From NCBI GenBank assembly GCA_965217775.1, contig CBDCJH010000002.1, positions 4,992,001 through 5,056,000 of the forward strand: a stretch of DNA of 64,000 bases, read 5' to 3'. Both the position numbers and the translations under genes were made by a program. Below the pieces are notes generated by a model. It did no database searches. It had not been told where the DNA came from and saw only the letters and a program-made list of their open reading frames with translations. How positions within the stretch are numbered: position 1 is the stretch's first letter; each line of letters starts with the position of its first letter. This document shows positions 34,144-44,871 of the stretch, piece after piece. The stretch comes from Acidobacteriota bacterium. Lineage in GTDB: Bacteria > Acidobacteriota > UBA6911 > RPQK01 > JAJDTT01.

Positions 34144-35505
34144 TCAAAGGTGGGACCGGCGTAGAGTGCGTTCCGCCTCCCGCAGCCGCGGGCTGAAGTG
34201 GACCGGATACGGGTCACCCTCGAGCTTCCACAATCGCGCCGGCAAGCCGTCCAACTGGGTCCGGGCGTAGTCCCTGATCTGACGGATATCGGGCAGGTCG
34301 CCCCTCGTTTCTCCGGCCTCGACGTATTGGACCAGCAACGAGGAGTGTCCGTCCGGGGCGGCTTCCCCTTCCGCCGCCAGCAGGTCCCCGCCAAGTCTTC
34401 CCCCCTCCCGGAGCCGATAAAGCTCCTTTCGAAGAGGGAACGACGCCTTGTCCCCGCTGATCTTCATTCGCGGCAGGATCCGGCCCTGGTGGATCCGCTC
34501 CACCAATTTGTACACCAGGTCGCAGGTGGGCGCTTCCGGGCAGGTGACCAGGTTCGTGCCCACGCCGTAGCCGTCGATAGGCGCCTCCCCCTTTGCCAGA
34601 GCCCTCACTCTCTCCGGGTCCAGATCGCCGCTGACCAGGATCCGCGTCTCGCTGCGTCCGTTCTGGTCCAGGAGCGCCCTGGCGGCCCGGGCCATTCGGC
34701 CCAGGTCTCCGCTGTCCAACCGAAGCCCCTGCACCGCCGCATCGAGGCTGAGGGCGTTCCCGATCCCGCGGAGAGTGTCGTAGGTATCCACGAGCAGAAT
34801 CGTGTGCCGGGGAAAGGTCCTCTGGAAGACCTCGAAGGCGCGCGTTTCGTCGTCGAAGAACTGAACGAAGGAGTGGGCCATGGTGCCGTAGAGGGGAAGG
34901 CCGAGCTGATATCCAGCCAGAACGTTGCTGGTGCCGGCGCAGCCGCCGATGAACGATGCCCGTGCCGCCAGCAGCCCGGCCTGTGGCCCCTGGGCGCGGC
35001 GGCTTCCGAAATCGATCACCGGCCGGCCTCGGGCGGCTCGGCAGAGCAGACTCGCCTTGGTGGCCACCGTCGTCTGGTAGCTGATCGACGCGATCAGATA
35101 GGTTTCCAGAAGTTGAGCCTCCATGACGGGGGCCCTGACCTGGAGAACGGGCTCGTGAGGGAAGAATGGAGTCCCCTCGGGCAAGGCCCAGAGATCCCCG
35201 CTGAACCGGAAATCACGGAGGTAATCGAAGAACTCCGGAGAAACCCCGCGGAAGACGTCCAGAGTCCGCAGCCAGGCGAGAATATCCTCTGGAAAGTGCA
35301 GGTTCAGAACTTGGTGCAGCGCCTGTTCCAACCCGGCGGCAAGCAGAAAGCCCCTCTCCTCCGGCAAGCGGCGGGTAAAGAGCTCGAAGCTGGCCCGCTC
35401 CTCGGCGAACGCCGCCTCGAAGTAGGCGGCGAGCATGGTCAATTCGTAGAGGTCGGTGTGGATGCCGAGGGTTTCCCGGGAGGGAAACAAGGGCTGCAGA
35501 TTCAT
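34144..35505 (-). CDS. pncB: Nicotinate phosphoribosyltransferase
   Basis: TDLYELTM, DFGSRR, GTMAHSF, LVDTYD, RLDSGD. Confidence 0.95.
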   Translation of the reverse strand: MNLQPLFPSRETLGIHTDLYELTMLAAYFEAAFAEERASFELFTRRLPEERGFLLAAGLEQALHQVLNLHFPEDILAWLRTLDVFRGVSPEFFDYLRDFRFSGDLWALPEGTPFFPHEPVLQVRAPVMEAQLLETYLIASISYQTTVATKASLLCRAARGRPVIDFGSRRAQGPQAGLLAARASFIGGCAGTSNVLAGYQLGLPLYGTMAHSFVQFFDDETRAFEVFQRTFPRHTILLVDTYDTLRGIGNALSLDAAVQGLRLDSGDLGRMARAARALLDQNGRSETRILVSGDLDPERVRALAKGEAPIDGYGVGTNLVTCPEAPTCDLVYKLVERIHQGRILPRMKISGDKASFPLRKELYRLREGGRLGGDLLAAEGEAAPDGHSSLLVQYVEAGETRGDLPDIRQIRDYARTQLDGLPARLWKLEGDPYPVHFSPRLREAERTLRRSHL

Positions 35506-36800
35506 GCTTCAGGAAACACGCGGGCAAAGACCGTGTCGACGTGCTCAAGGGTCTGCCGGAGGTCGAAGGCGGCTTCGATCTGTTCCGGCGAGAGATGGGA
35601 TCCGATGTCGGGGTCGGCGAGGATGAGTGTCTTGAAGTCGATCTTCTCGTTCCAGACTCGGAGGGCGTTGCGTTGGACCCATTCGTAAGCCTGGCTGCGG
35701 AGAACTCCCGCCATGACCAGCTTCAGCAACAGCGTGCCCGAGTAGACCAGCCCCCCGGTCAACTCCAGGTTGGCCAGCATTCTCTCCCGGTTCACCACCA
35801 GATTGTCCACGACCCGCCCGAGCCTCAGGGTGAGGTAATGGCCCAGGGTCGTGCTGTCGGGCAGGATGACCCGCTCCACCGAGGAGTGAGAAATGTCCCG
35901 CTCGTGCCAGAGGGGAATGTTCTCCAGCGCCGCCAGGGCGTTGGCGCGAAGCACCCGCGAAAGTCCGCTCACGTTTTCGGAGCTGATGGGGTTCTTCTTG
36001 TGAGGCATGGCGGAGCTGCCCGTCTGACCGGTCCGGAAGGCCTCGCTGGCTTCGCCCACTTCGGTTCGCTGCAGGTGGCGAATCTCGGTGGCGATCTTGT
36101 CGTAGGTCGAACCCAGGATGGCCAAGGTGCACAGGTATTCGGCGTGGCGGTCCCGTTGCAGCGTCTGGGTGGAGGCGGCGGCATAGCCGATGCCGAGTGC
36201 GGCACAGACCTTCTCCTCGACCTCGGGGGGGAGGTGGGAAAAGGTGCCCACCGGGCCGCTGATCTTGCCCACCTCCAAGATCTTGCGGGCCTTTCGGAAG
36301 CGCTCCAGGTTGCGCTCCATTTCCGAGTACCAGACCGTCACCTTGAGGCCGAACGTCGTGGGTTCGGCATGGATCCCGTGGGTCCGTCCCATCATCGGGG
36401 TGTCCTTGTACCGGTGCGCCTTGCGGCGCAGCACTTCCAGAAAATCCAGGAGTGCGGATTCGATCAACCCGGAGGCTTCCTTGACCTGGAGCGCCTGGGC
36501 CGTGTCCACGACGTCGGTGGAGGTCAAGCCCATGTGGATGAAGCGGGAGGCCGGCCCCACCACTTCCGAGACGGCCCGGATGAAGGCCACGACGTCGTGA
36601 CGCGTGACGGCCTCGATCTGATGAATCCGGTCGACGGAAAACCCCGCCTTTTCGCGGATTTCCGACATGGCAGCCGGCGGGATGCGTCCCCCATCGCTCA
36701 GCACCTGGCAGACTGCCACCTCTACCTCGAGCCATTTTCGGAACTTGTTTTCTTCGGACCAGATCCGGGCCATTTCGGGCCGGCTGTACCGGGGAATCAT
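35502..36800 (-). CDS. purB: Adenylosuccinate lyase
   Basis: MIPRY, TRHDV, GRTHG, GSSAMPHKKNP. Confidence 0.96.
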   Translation of the reverse strand: MIPRYSRPEMARIWSEENKFRKWLEVEVAVCQVLSDGGRIPPAAMSEIREKAGFSVDRIHQIEAVTRHDVVAFIRAVSEVVGPASRFIHMGLTSTDVVDTAQALQVKEASGLIESALLDFLEVLRRKAHRYKDTPMMGRTHGIHAEPTTFGLKVTVWYSEMERNLERFRKARKILEVGKISGPVGTFSHLPPEVEEKVCAALGIGYAAASTQTLQRDRHAEYLCTLAILGSTYDKIATEIRHLQRTEVGEASEAFRTGQTGSSAMPHKKNPISSENVSGLSRVLRANALAALENIPLWHERDISHSSVERVILPDSTTLGHYLTLRLGRVVDNLVVNRERMLANLELTGGLVYSGTLLLKLVMAGVLRSQAYEWVQRNALRVWNEKIDFKTLILADPDIGSHLSPEQIEAAFDLRQTLEHVDTVFARVFPEA

Positions 36801-37576
36801 AGGTCCAAGACTATGGAGGGCCGGTTCTGGTGAGTCAAGTGGACCCGGGGGCCGGATTCCCCCCTTTCGGAGGGGCCGGAAAGAGCCGCCGACACCTGAT
36901 CCAAGGCCAGTTGCGGATGGTTGTTGGTGCGGCTCAAATGGGCCAGGAGTATGTGTTTTGTCTTGGCGCCCAGGTGGGTCTTGAGGCACCGGCCCAGGGC
37001 GTGGTTGGAAAGGTGCCCCTTTGGTCCCATCAGCCGTTGCTTGAGGAGCCAGGGATAGGGTCCGGCCAGCACCATCTCCTCGTCGTGGTTGGACTCCATG
37101 ATCAACCAGTCGCAGTCAGCCAGATGTTCCAGGATTTCCCGGGTCGGTTCACCCAGGTCGGTGGCGAGAAGGCCCTGAGTCCCTTCGGCCGCAAAACGGA
37201 ATCCGACCGGCTGGGCCGCGTCGTGGGAGACGGGGAAGGCTTCGACCTCCAGGTCGCCGATGTGAAAGGGAGAGCCGACAGGGACGATCTTCACCCGGTT
37301 CAATTCCTGAAGCGGGCGGCTCTCCCGCAAGGTCCCTTCGGTCATGAGCACGAGGGCATCCAGATCCCGGACCAGGGCCGGGACGCCGCTGACGTGATCC
37401 GTGTGTTCGTGCGTCAGAAGGAGGGCATCCAGCCGATCCAGGGACAGGCCCGCCTGCTGCAGGCGCCGGCGAAGGCTGATTCGACCGAAGCCCAGATCGA
37501 CCAGAATCCGGGTCTCTCTCGTCGCGATGTAGGTGCAGTTTCCCGCGCTGCCACTTCCCAGAACGCAGAGTTTCAT
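36797..37576 (-). CDS. MBL-fold metallohydrolase (YycJ/WalJ-like)
   Basis: SGSAGN, THEHTDH, ESNHD, GHLSN, HLSRTNN. Confidence 0.92.
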   Translation of the reverse strand: MKLCVLGSGSAGNCTYIATRETRILVDLGFGRISLRRRLQQAGLSLDRLDALLLTHEHTDHVSGVPALVRDLDALVLMTEGTLRESRPLQELNRVKIVPVGSPFHIGDLEVEAFPVSHDAAQPVGFRFAAEGTQGLLATDLGEPTREILEHLADCDWLIMESNHDEEMVLAGPYPWLLKQRLMGPKGHLSNHALGRCLKTHLGAKTKHILLAHLSRTNNHPQLALDQVSAALSGPSERGESGPRVHLTHQNRPSIVLDL

Positions 37577-37720
37577 GTTGAGTCCGGACCCTCCGCAACG
37601 ATGGTCTTGCGAAGCGTCGACCGAATGCCGTGATGGTGTTTTGCGCCGGCTGTTAGAATCTACCAGCCGGGTGTGAAAGGGGGCGAACGGTCCCACGATC
37701 CGGGGAAGGGGCGGCATCAG

Positions 37721-39073
37721 GTGACTTCCAGTTTCCACATCTTCAGCTTCGGTTGCCGGACCAACCAGTCTGACAGCGCCGCCATCCGGCAGGACTTCCT
37801 GGGGCGCGGCTACCAGGAGGCATGGGACTGGCGGGAGGCGGGGATCATCATCGTCAACTCCTGTACCGTCACGCATCGAGCCGATCAGCAGGTGCGGCAA
37901 CTGGTCCGCCGGTTTCACCGCGAAAACGCTGCGGCCCGGATCGTGGTGACGGGTTGCTATGCCCAACGGGATCCGGAAATCCTGTCCCGAATTCCAGGTG
38001 TCGAGACCGTCATCGGCAACACCCACAAGAGTGATCTGGTGCGGATCGTGGAGGGGCCGGCGGCATCCGCCCTGACGGCGGACGAGCTGGCTGACGTGTA
38101 CCGGCAGGAGTTCGTCAAGGTCCGCACCATGAAGGGCGCGGCCGCGGGATCGCCGGGGCTTCGAGTCCGACCCTTCGTCAAAGTCCAGGACGGCTGTGAC
38201 GCCAAGTGCACGTACTGCATCATTCCGCTGGTTCGAGGACCCGGACGGAGCTTGCCGCCGGAGCAGGTGCTGGCCCAAGTGCGGCAGTTGGCCCGAAAGG
38301 GGTTCCAGGAGGTGGTTCTGACCGGAATCCACATTGGAACCTACGGAGTGCATCTGAAGCCGCGTTATTCTCTGGATCGCCTCCTGGCGGACGTGGCCGA
38401 GACGCCGGGGCTGGTCCGGGTGCGGCTGAGTTCCATCGAACCGATGCAGCTGTCGCGGCGGGTGATCGAGTTGGCAGCCGGGAACGACAAGATCTGCCCG
38501 CATTTCCACATCTGCCTGCAGAGCGGCAGCAACCGGATCCTGCGGAAGATGTTGCGCCCGTACAACACGTCCAGGTTTGGAGAGATCGTGCAGGAGATCC
38601 GGGCCACGTTGCCCCAGGCGGCCATCGGAACGGATCTGGTGGTTGGATTTCCGGGGGAGACGCCACGGGACCACCTCGAAACCGTCCGTTTCGTTCAGGC
38701 CATGCCCTTCACCTATCTCCACGTGTTCCCGTACAGCGACCGGCCCGGGACCCGAGCTTCGGCAATGCGGGCCAAAGTCGACCCGCGGGTGCAGCGTCAG
38801 CGATGTTGGGAGTTGAGGCAGATTTCGGCGGCAAAGAATCGCGCTTTCCGGCGCCGGTTCATCGGCAGGAAGCTTTCGGTCCTGACGCTGGGAGAGTCTG
38901 CCGCCGGCAGGTGGGAGGGGATCTCCGCAAACTACATCAAGGTTCGTTTTCCGGTCCCCATGGCGCCCAACAGAATGGTCCGGGTCGAGGCCGCAGGGGA
39001 GACGGAGGATGGTCTGGCCGGGGACCCCGGGTCAGCGTGTCAACCGTCGATGACGACGCAGGCCACTGCGTAG
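37721..39073 (+). CDS. mtaB: tRNA t6A37 methylthiotransferase
   Basis: GCRTN, NSCTVT, radical SAM CDAKCTYC, HVFPYS.RPGT. Confidence 0.92.
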   Translation: MTSSFHIFSFGCRTNQSDSAAIRQDFLGRGYQEAWDWREAGIIIVNSCTVTHRADQQVRQLVRRFHRENAAARIVVTGCYAQRDPEILSRIPGVETVIGNTHKSDLVRIVEGPAASALTADELADVYRQEFVKVRTMKGAAAGSPGLRVRPFVKVQDGCDAKCTYCIIPLVRGPGRSLPPEQVLAQVRQLARKGFQEVVLTGIHIGTYGVHLKPRYSLDRLLADVAETPGLVRVRLSSIEPMQLSRRVIELAAGNDKICPHFHICLQSGSNRILRKMLRPYNTSRFGEIVQEIRATLPQAAIGTDLVVGFPGETPRDHLETVRFVQAMPFTYLHVFPYSDRPGTRASAMRAKVDPRVQRQRCWELRQISAAKNRAFRRRFIGRKLSVLTLGESAAGRWEGISANYIKVRFPVPMAPNRMVRVEAAGETEDGLAGDPGSACQPSMTTQATA

Positions 39074-39414
39074 TCGGTGGCGTGGGTGATCGTGAGGTGG
39101 CTCCTTTGAGCCTTCGATTCCTTGAAGATGGCCGCCGCTTTTCCGTAAAGGGTCAACCGGGGTTCCCCCATCGGCCCGGCCGTGGTTTCGACGTCGCGCC
39201 ACCGGATCCCAGCCTGCCAACCAGTCCCCAGGGCCTTCAGGGCCGCCTCTTTGGCTGCGAATCGACCGGCGAAATGCTGGTATTTGTTCCGCCGCTGGGA
39301 GCAGTATCGTATTTCTTCAGGGGTGAAGACTCGCTCGGTGATGGATTTGCTGCCACGTAGAGCCTTGGCGATCCGCACGACCTCCACGATGTCCAGTCCG
39401 ATTCCGACGACCAT
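39040..39414 (-). CDS. acpS: Holo-ACP synthase
   Basis: GIGLDIV, AGRFAAKEA..KALGTG, TITH. Confidence 0.95.
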   Translation of the reverse strand: MVVGIGLDIVEVVRIAKALRGSKSITERVFTPEEIRYCSQRRNKYQHFAGRFAAKEAALKALGTGWQAGIRWRDVETTAGPMGEPRLTLYGKAAAIFKESKAQRSHLTITHATDYAVACVVIDG

Positions 39415-39493
39415 GGGGAACCCTCTGTGAACCGGGCACAGTTTACTGTGAGGAGGCTGGTCAGTTCCAGGGCATGCTACTCTGGCCCCGCCC

Positions 39494-40264
39494 ATGATGG
39501 TGGAGAAGACGGCCGGTGATTTCCCCTATCTGGCCTTCCCGGGCCTGACGGCAATCCCCGGATTCGTCCACGCCCTCACGACCCGGGCAACCGACGGGTG
39601 CCGGCCGGCTCAGCAGGCTGCCCGCCCGCCGGAACCGGGAGCGGAATTTCTGAATGCACTCGGCATCCCCTCGCGAAGACTGATCCTGTTGGAACAGGAG
39701 CACGCAGACGGTGTGCTTGCGGTCGAGGCCGCGTGGCCGCAGGCCGCGGCGGGAAAACCTTCTGCGGATGCCGTAGTTCTTTCATCCTCGGGCTGGTATT
39801 CGGCGATTCGGACAGCGGATTGTCTTTCGGTGTTGGCCGTGGAGCCGCGCCGGCGGGTCGTGGGCTTGGTGCACGCCGGCTGGCGGGGAACCTGCAAGCG
39901 GGTGACTGCCAAGGCGTTGGCTCACCTGCTCCGTTTGTCGGGGGCAGCTCCCGAGGATCTGTGGGTCGGGTTCGGGCCCTGCATCCGGAATTGTTGTTAC
40001 GAGGTCGGCGAAGAGGTGAGGGCCGCCTACCGGGAGCGCGGCCACGAGACGCGGGAGATCTTCCAGGGGAGGTGCCTGGACCTGATCCGGGCCAACCGGC
40101 TCCAACTGGAGCAACTGGGCGTCAGCCGGATTGTGGACTCCGGTCTCTGCACCTCCTGCTGCAACGATCGGTTCTATTCCTACCGGCGGGAAAAGACGGA
40201 GCGGAGGATGTGGACTCTGGCCGGCTTTCGCCCCGGGCTGTCCAAGCTTCATCCGCTCGAATGA
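39494..40264 (+). CDS. PgeF/YfiH family protein
   Basis: QEH, TADC, HAGWRG, GPCI..CCYEVG, FYSYR. Confidence 0.9.
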   Translation: MMVEKTAGDFPYLAFPGLTAIPGFVHALTTRATDGCRPAQQAARPPEPGAEFLNALGIPSRRLILLEQEHADGVLAVEAAWPQAAAGKPSADAVVLSSSGWYSAIRTADCLSVLAVEPRRRVVGLVHAGWRGTCKRVTAKALAHLLRLSGAAPEDLWVGFGPCIRNCCYEVGEEVRAAYRERGHETREIFQGRCLDLIRANRLQLEQLGVSRIVDSGLCTSCCNDRFYSYRREKTERRMWTLAGFRPGLSKLHPLE

Positions 40265-40286
40265 CGGGGCGGCCCCTGAGCCGGTT

Positions 40287-40769
40287 TCAGAGCTGGATGC
40301 TCTCGATCTTTTTCTGTTGAGCCGCCTTGTAGGCCCTCAGCTTTTTCTGAAGACTCGTATCGCTGCGACTCAGGATCTGGACTGCCACCAGCCCCGCATT
40401 CCGGGCGCCCGCCTTGCCGATGGCCATGGTGGCCACGGGAACGCCGCCTGGCATCTGAACGGTGGCCAAAAGGGCATCCAGGCCTTTCAGCGGCGAAGAG
40501 TCGATAGGCACGCCGATGACCGGAAGAATGGTATGGGCCGCCAAGACACCGGCCAGATGGGCGGCCGCGCCGGCGCCTGCAATCAGCACCTGAATTCCAC
40601 GTCCCTCCGCATCCTGTGCGAATTCCTGGGTCAGGGTGGGCGAGCGGTGGGCCGAGAGAACTCGGATGTCGTAGGGAACTCCAAAATCCTCCAGGATCTT
40701 GCTCGCCTCCCGCATCACCCCGAGATCGGAAACGCTTCCCATGAGGATGCCGACTTTCGGTGCACTCAT
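40287..40769 (-). CDS. purE: N5-CAIR mutase
   Basis: MGSVSD, SAHRSP, AGAAAHL, VQMPGGVPV. Confidence 0.96.
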   Translation of the reverse strand: MSAPKVGILMGSVSDLGVMREASKILEDFGVPYDIRVLSAHRSPTLTQEFAQDAEGRGIQVLIAGAGAAAHLAGVLAAHTILPVIGVPIDSSPLKGLDALLATVQMPGGVPVATMAIGKAGARNAGLVAVQILSRSDTSLQKKLRAYKAAQQKKIESIQL

Positions 40770-42064
40770 TCTGAATTCCTTTCTGCTTGGGAAAGCCGCC
40801 GGTACGCGATGTCCCGTCGAAAGTAGAGGCCGTCGAAGTGGATCGCCTTCAACCCCGAATAGGCTCGCCGCACAGCCTCGTCGAGAGAGGGCGCCAGTGC
40901 CGTGACGCCCAGCACCCTTCCGCCGCTGGTCACGAACCGGCCTTCCTGCTGGGAAGTTCCGGCGTGGAACACGACCAGGTTCTCCATCCGGCCCACCCTT
41001 GCCAGCCCCGAGATCTTCTGTCCCTTGAGGTAGGACCCGGGATAGCCCCGGGATGCGGCGACCACGCAGACCGCGGCGCCGGAGGTCCATTCGGCTCGGA
41101 CACCCGCCAGATCGCCGCAGGCCCCCTGAAGCAGGAGCAGGGCGAGGTCGCTCCGGAGCCGCGGCAGGATCACCTGTGTTTCCGGGTCTCCAAAGCGCAC
41201 GTTGAATTCGAGGACCTTGGGGCCATCCGTAGTGAGCATCAGTCCGGCGTAGAGGATTCCGGCGAAGGGATGGCCCTCCTGGTTCATGCCGTCTACCGTG
41301 GGGAGAATAATTTCGTCCAGGATCCGCTGCCGCAGGTCGGTGGACAAGAGGCCATCCATGGAGTAGGCGCCCATACCGCCCGTGTTGGGACCCCGGTCGC
41401 CTTCGAAAATCTGCTTGTGGTCCTGGGAGGGGACCATGGGGACCACGTTCCCGGCTCCGTCGGCCAGGACCATGAACGAAGCCTCTTCTCCTTGTAGGAA
41501 CTCCTCGATCACCAGCCGGTCCCCGGCAGTTCCGAATCGTTTTGCAATCATGATCCGGTCGACGGCCGCGACGGCCTCCTGCAGGTCGGTGCAGATCAGG
41601 ACGCCCTTGCCGGCCGCCAGACCGTCAGCCTTGAGCACCACGGGAAAGTCGAAGCGCCCGTTCCGAAGCGCCCGTTCCGCCGCCGCCGCCGCGTCGTACA
41701 CGTGGTAGGCGGCCGTGGGGATCTGGTGGCGGGCCATGAAATCCTTGGCGAAGGCCTTGCTTCCTTCCAGCCGCGCCGCTTTCGCCGAAGGCCCCATAAG
41801 CGGCACGCCGGCTTGACGAAAGAGGTCCCCGATGCCGTCCACCAGGCTGGCTTCCGGTCCGACGACGGCCAGGTCCACACTTCGGCTGACGGCGAAGTCC
41901 AATAGTTGGCGGAGAGTAAGCTTGGGAAGGAGACGGGTCTTGGCGGCCTTCGCGATGCCGGCGTTCCCGGGCGAGCAGTAAATCTCCCCGACCTGATCGC
42001 TCAGGCCCAGTTTCCAGACCAGCGCATGTTCTCTTCCGCCGGAACCGACAACCAGTATCTTCAC
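40766..42064 (-). CDS. purD: Phosphoribosylamine-glycine ligase
   Basis: GSGGREHA, KADGLAAGKG, GPNTGGMG, RFGDPE. Confidence 0.97.
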   Translation of the reverse strand: MKILVVGSGGREHALVWKLGLSDQVGEIYCSPGNAGIAKAAKTRLLPKLTLRQLLDFAVSRSVDLAVVGPEASLVDGIGDLFRQAGVPLMGPSAKAARLEGSKAFAKDFMARHQIPTAAYHVYDAAAAAERALRNGRFDFPVVLKADGLAAGKGVLICTDLQEAVAAVDRIMIAKRFGTAGDRLVIEEFLQGEEASFMVLADGAGNVVPMVPSQDHKQIFEGDRGPNTGGMGAYSMDGLLSTDLRQRILDEIILPTVDGMNQEGHPFAGILYAGLMLTTDGPKVLEFNVRFGDPETQVILPRLRSDLALLLLQGACGDLAGVRAEWTSGAAVCVVAASRGYPGSYLKGQKISGLARVGRMENLVVFHAGTSQQEGRFVTSGGRVLGVTALAPSLDEAVRRAYSGLKAIHFDGLYFRRDIAYRRLSQAERNSE

Positions 42065-42102
42065 TCTTGTTTCGCGACGAGCAGGCTGGAACCGTGCCCG
42101 GG

Positions 42103-42384
42103 TCAGCTCTCCTTCTTGGCGTCAGCCTTGGGGGCCGCACTCTCGGCGGCGGCTTTGGCCGGTTCCTTCTTGGCGGTTTCGGTTTCCTTCTGCGAGGCGG
42201 TGTCCTTGCGGGCGTAGTCGGTCACGTACCAACCCGATCCCTTGAACTGGATACTCGGCGCCGAGATCAGCTTCTCAAGCGTCCCGCCGCAAGAAGTGCA
42301 CGTCTCCAGGGGCGGATCCGACAAGCGCTGAAGCGCTTCGATCGTCTCTCCGCAACTGTCGCAAGCATACTCGTAAAGTGGCAT
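42103..42384 (-). CDS. FmdB-family zinc-ribbon protein
   Basis: MPLYEYAC..C, CTSCGG, FKGSGWYVTDY. Confidence 0.9.
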   Translation of the reverse strand: MPLYEYACDSCGETIEALQRLSDPPLETCTSCGGTLEKLISAPSIQFKGSGWYVTDYARKDTASQKETETAKKEPAKAAAESAAPKADAKKES

Positions 42385-42540
42385 CGTGGCACCCGCAAAC
42401 AATCCCGCCAAAAACCGTAGAATATAGCAACCCTTTCCGTCTTTTGCCACGGTGCGCGGCCGTCCCGTCTCAGTCGGCCTCGCCGCTCACCCGTCACGCC
42501 TCATTCCTCTTTCCCCTTCTCTTTGAGATACTGGCCCCCG

Positions 42541-43884
42541 ATGTTGGATCGGGGATTCATCAGGGGCAATCTGGAGCAGGTCGAGACCAGGTTGAAGACA
42601 CGCGGCTTTTCCTTGGCTGTCGAGGAGTTTCGGTCTCTGGACGCTCGCGAGCGGGCGGTCCGGATCGAAGCCGAGGAACTGAGGGCGGGCCGCAACCGAA
42701 CCAGCCACGAGATCGCACGGCGGCGCAAGCGGGGCGACGACGCCAGTTCCCAGATCCGGGATATGAGGCGGGTGTCCGCCCGGATCAAGGAGTTGGATGA
42801 GCGGTTGACCGATCTTGGGAGCCGGATGGAAGTGTTCCTTTCCCGGATCCCGAATCTGCCGGCCGAGGGGGTTCCGGCGGGGAAAGACAGCGCCGCCAAC
42901 GAAGTCGTCCGTGTCGTGGGCGACCCGCCCGAGTTCTCCTTTCCCATCCGGGACCATGTCGAGCTGGGAGCCCGCCTGGGCATCCTGGACCTGGAGCGGG
43001 CCAGCAAGATCGCCGGCGCCCGATTCAGCCTCTATTCCGGCGGCGGCGCCCTGCTGGAGCGGGCGCTCATCAACATGATGCTGGATCTGCACACCCGTTC
43101 CCATGGATACACGGAGATGGTCCCTCCCTTCATGGCGAATCGCGCCAGCTTCTTCGGGACCGGAAACCTCCCCAAGTTCGAGGAAGACCTGTTCCGGGTG
43201 GCGGATTCCGATTACTTTCTCGTCCCCACCGCCGAGGTGCCGCTGACCAATGTCTTTGCCGGCGAGATCCTGGAGGAGGATGACCTGCCCATCGACCTCA
43301 CGGCCTACACGCCCTGCTTCCGGAGCGAGGCCGGCTCTTACGGCAAGGACACCCGGGGGCTGATCCGCCTGCACCAGTTCAACAAGGTCGAGCTGGTCAA
43401 GCTCACGCGGCCGGAAGACTCGTCCCGGCAATTGGAGCAACTGACAAGTCACGCCGAAGCCGTTCTCAAAGCGCTGGGGATCCCCTACCGGGTCGTGGTG
43501 CTTTCCACCGGCGACATGGGATTCAGCGCGGCCAAGACCTACGACCTGGAAGTGTGGGTCCCCAGCCAGAACACTTATCGGGAGATTTCCTCCTGCAGCA
43601 ACTTCACCGACTTCCAGGCTCGGCGCTGCAGGATTCGTTACCGCCCGGCTCAGGGCTCGGGAAACCGGCTGGTCCACACCCTGAACGGGTCCGGACTGGC
43701 AGTCGGGCGGACCTGGGTCGCCCTGCTGGAGAATTTCCAGGAGGAGGACGGAAGCGTTCGGATTCCGGAGGCGCTCCGCCCCTATATGCATGGACTGGAG
43801 CGTTTGGTGCCGGGGGGGGCGTTCGGGATGAACACGGCGCGCCGGAGCCGCCGGATCGACCCGGGAGCGTTCCTGAAGAGATGA
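42541..43884 (+). CDS. serS: Seryl-tRNA synthetase
   Basis: [36 protein letters not shown]. Confidence 0.97.
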   Translation: MLDRGFIRGNLEQVETRLKTRGFSLAVEEFRSLDARERAVRIEAEELRAGRNRTSHEIARRRKRGDDASSQIRDMRRVSARIKELDERLTDLGSRMEVFLSRIPNLPAEGVPAGKDSAANEVVRVVGDPPEFSFPIRDHVELGARLGILDLERASKIAGARFSLYSGGGALLERALINMMLDLHTRSHGYTEMVPPFMANRASFFGTGNLPKFEEDLFRVADSDYFLVPTAEVPLTNVFAGEILEEDDLPIDLTAYTPCFRSEAGSYGKDTRGLIRLHQFNKVELVKLTRPEDSSRQLEQLTSHAEAVLKALGIPYRVVVLSTGDMGFSAAKTYDLEVWVPSQNTYREISSCSNFTDFQARRCRIRYRPAQGSGNRLVHTLNGSGLAVGRTWVALLENFQEEDGSVRIPEALRPYMHGLERLVPGGAFGMNTARRSRRIDPGAFLKR

Positions 43885-44831
43885 TCGGTTTCAATCTGGA
43901 CAAATCCGTCCGGCTCACTTTCTACGAGCAGATCAAGGGGCAGCTCCTCTCGGCCATCTACTGCGGCAAGATTCGAGCGGGTGATCGGCTCCCGTCGATC
44001 CGGGAGGTGTCCGATCATCTGGGAATCAACTACAAGACGACCCGCAAGATCTACCTGAAATTGGCCGAAGAGAATTATCTGGGGATCGTGAAGGGAAGCG
44101 GGGCATTCCTGAAGGAACGGAGCGGCGCGGCCTCCTATGAGCAGATGCGGCGGCGGGCGGTCTTCAAGCTGCTGGGGGAGGTGTCCGCCAAGGCCAGGAG
44201 CCTGGGCCTCTCCCCGGACAGGTTCAGCGGCCTGCTGGACGCCTACTGGAACGGGACCGATCTGCGCGAGTTGCATCTGGCCGTCGTGGACCACGAAGAG
44301 GAAGCGTACGTCTTCTCCCGGGAGCTGGAGCTTCGCATGCAGGGGGTGCGGGCCCGGAGCGTTTCGTTGGACGACGTCGACAGCGAGGCCGCCCGGACGC
44401 TCCTCAGGGACAGCGAGTTCCTGCTGACGACCAGTTACCACCTGGAGGAAGTCAAGGAGTTGACCCGCCGCTTTGGAAAGAAGCTGGTGGAGATCAAGCC
44501 CAGCCACGAGATCTATCGTGAGGTCCTGAGTGCGGCCCGTCACGAGAACGTGGCCATCGTGGTGCGGGATGAGGACACCCTGCATGCTTCCTGGGACGTC
44601 TTCATGAACATCTATCACCCGTCGACGGAGATGAAGTTCTGGATCGCTCCCATTTCCAGGCAGGACCTGATCGAGAAGATCGTCCGGGATGCGGACCTGA
44701 TTTTCGTTTCTCCCATGTGCTGGGACGAGATGCGAAAGCGGACGCCTCCGGCGAAGACGCTGAAGACGTACGATAAATTCATTTCCCAAGAGACCATCGA
44801 CCAGCTCCGAGCGCTCCAGCTCTTGGGGTAG
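43881..44831 (+). CDS. GntR-family regulator with an atypical C-terminal domain
   Basis: YEQIK..., [20 protein letters not shown]; ATGA overlap with serS. Confidence 0.85.
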   Translation: MIGFNLDKSVRLTFYEQIKGQLLSAIYCGKIRAGDRLPSIREVSDHLGINYKTTRKIYLKLAEENYLGIVKGSGAFLKERSGAASYEQMRRRAVFKLLGEVSAKARSLGLSPDRFSGLLDAYWNGTDLRELHLAVVDHEEEAYVFSRELELRMQGVRARSVSLDDVDSEAARTLLRDSEFLLTTSYHLEEVKELTRRFGKKLVEIKPSHEIYREVLSAARHENVAIVVRDEDTLHASWDVFMNIYHPSTEMKFWIAPISRQDLIEKIVRDADLIFVSPMCWDEMRKRTPPAKTLKTYDKFISQETIDQLRALQLLG

Positions 44832-44871
44832 CGGTCGAGGGCAACCGGCCGCTCCCACGGCAGGCAATGGA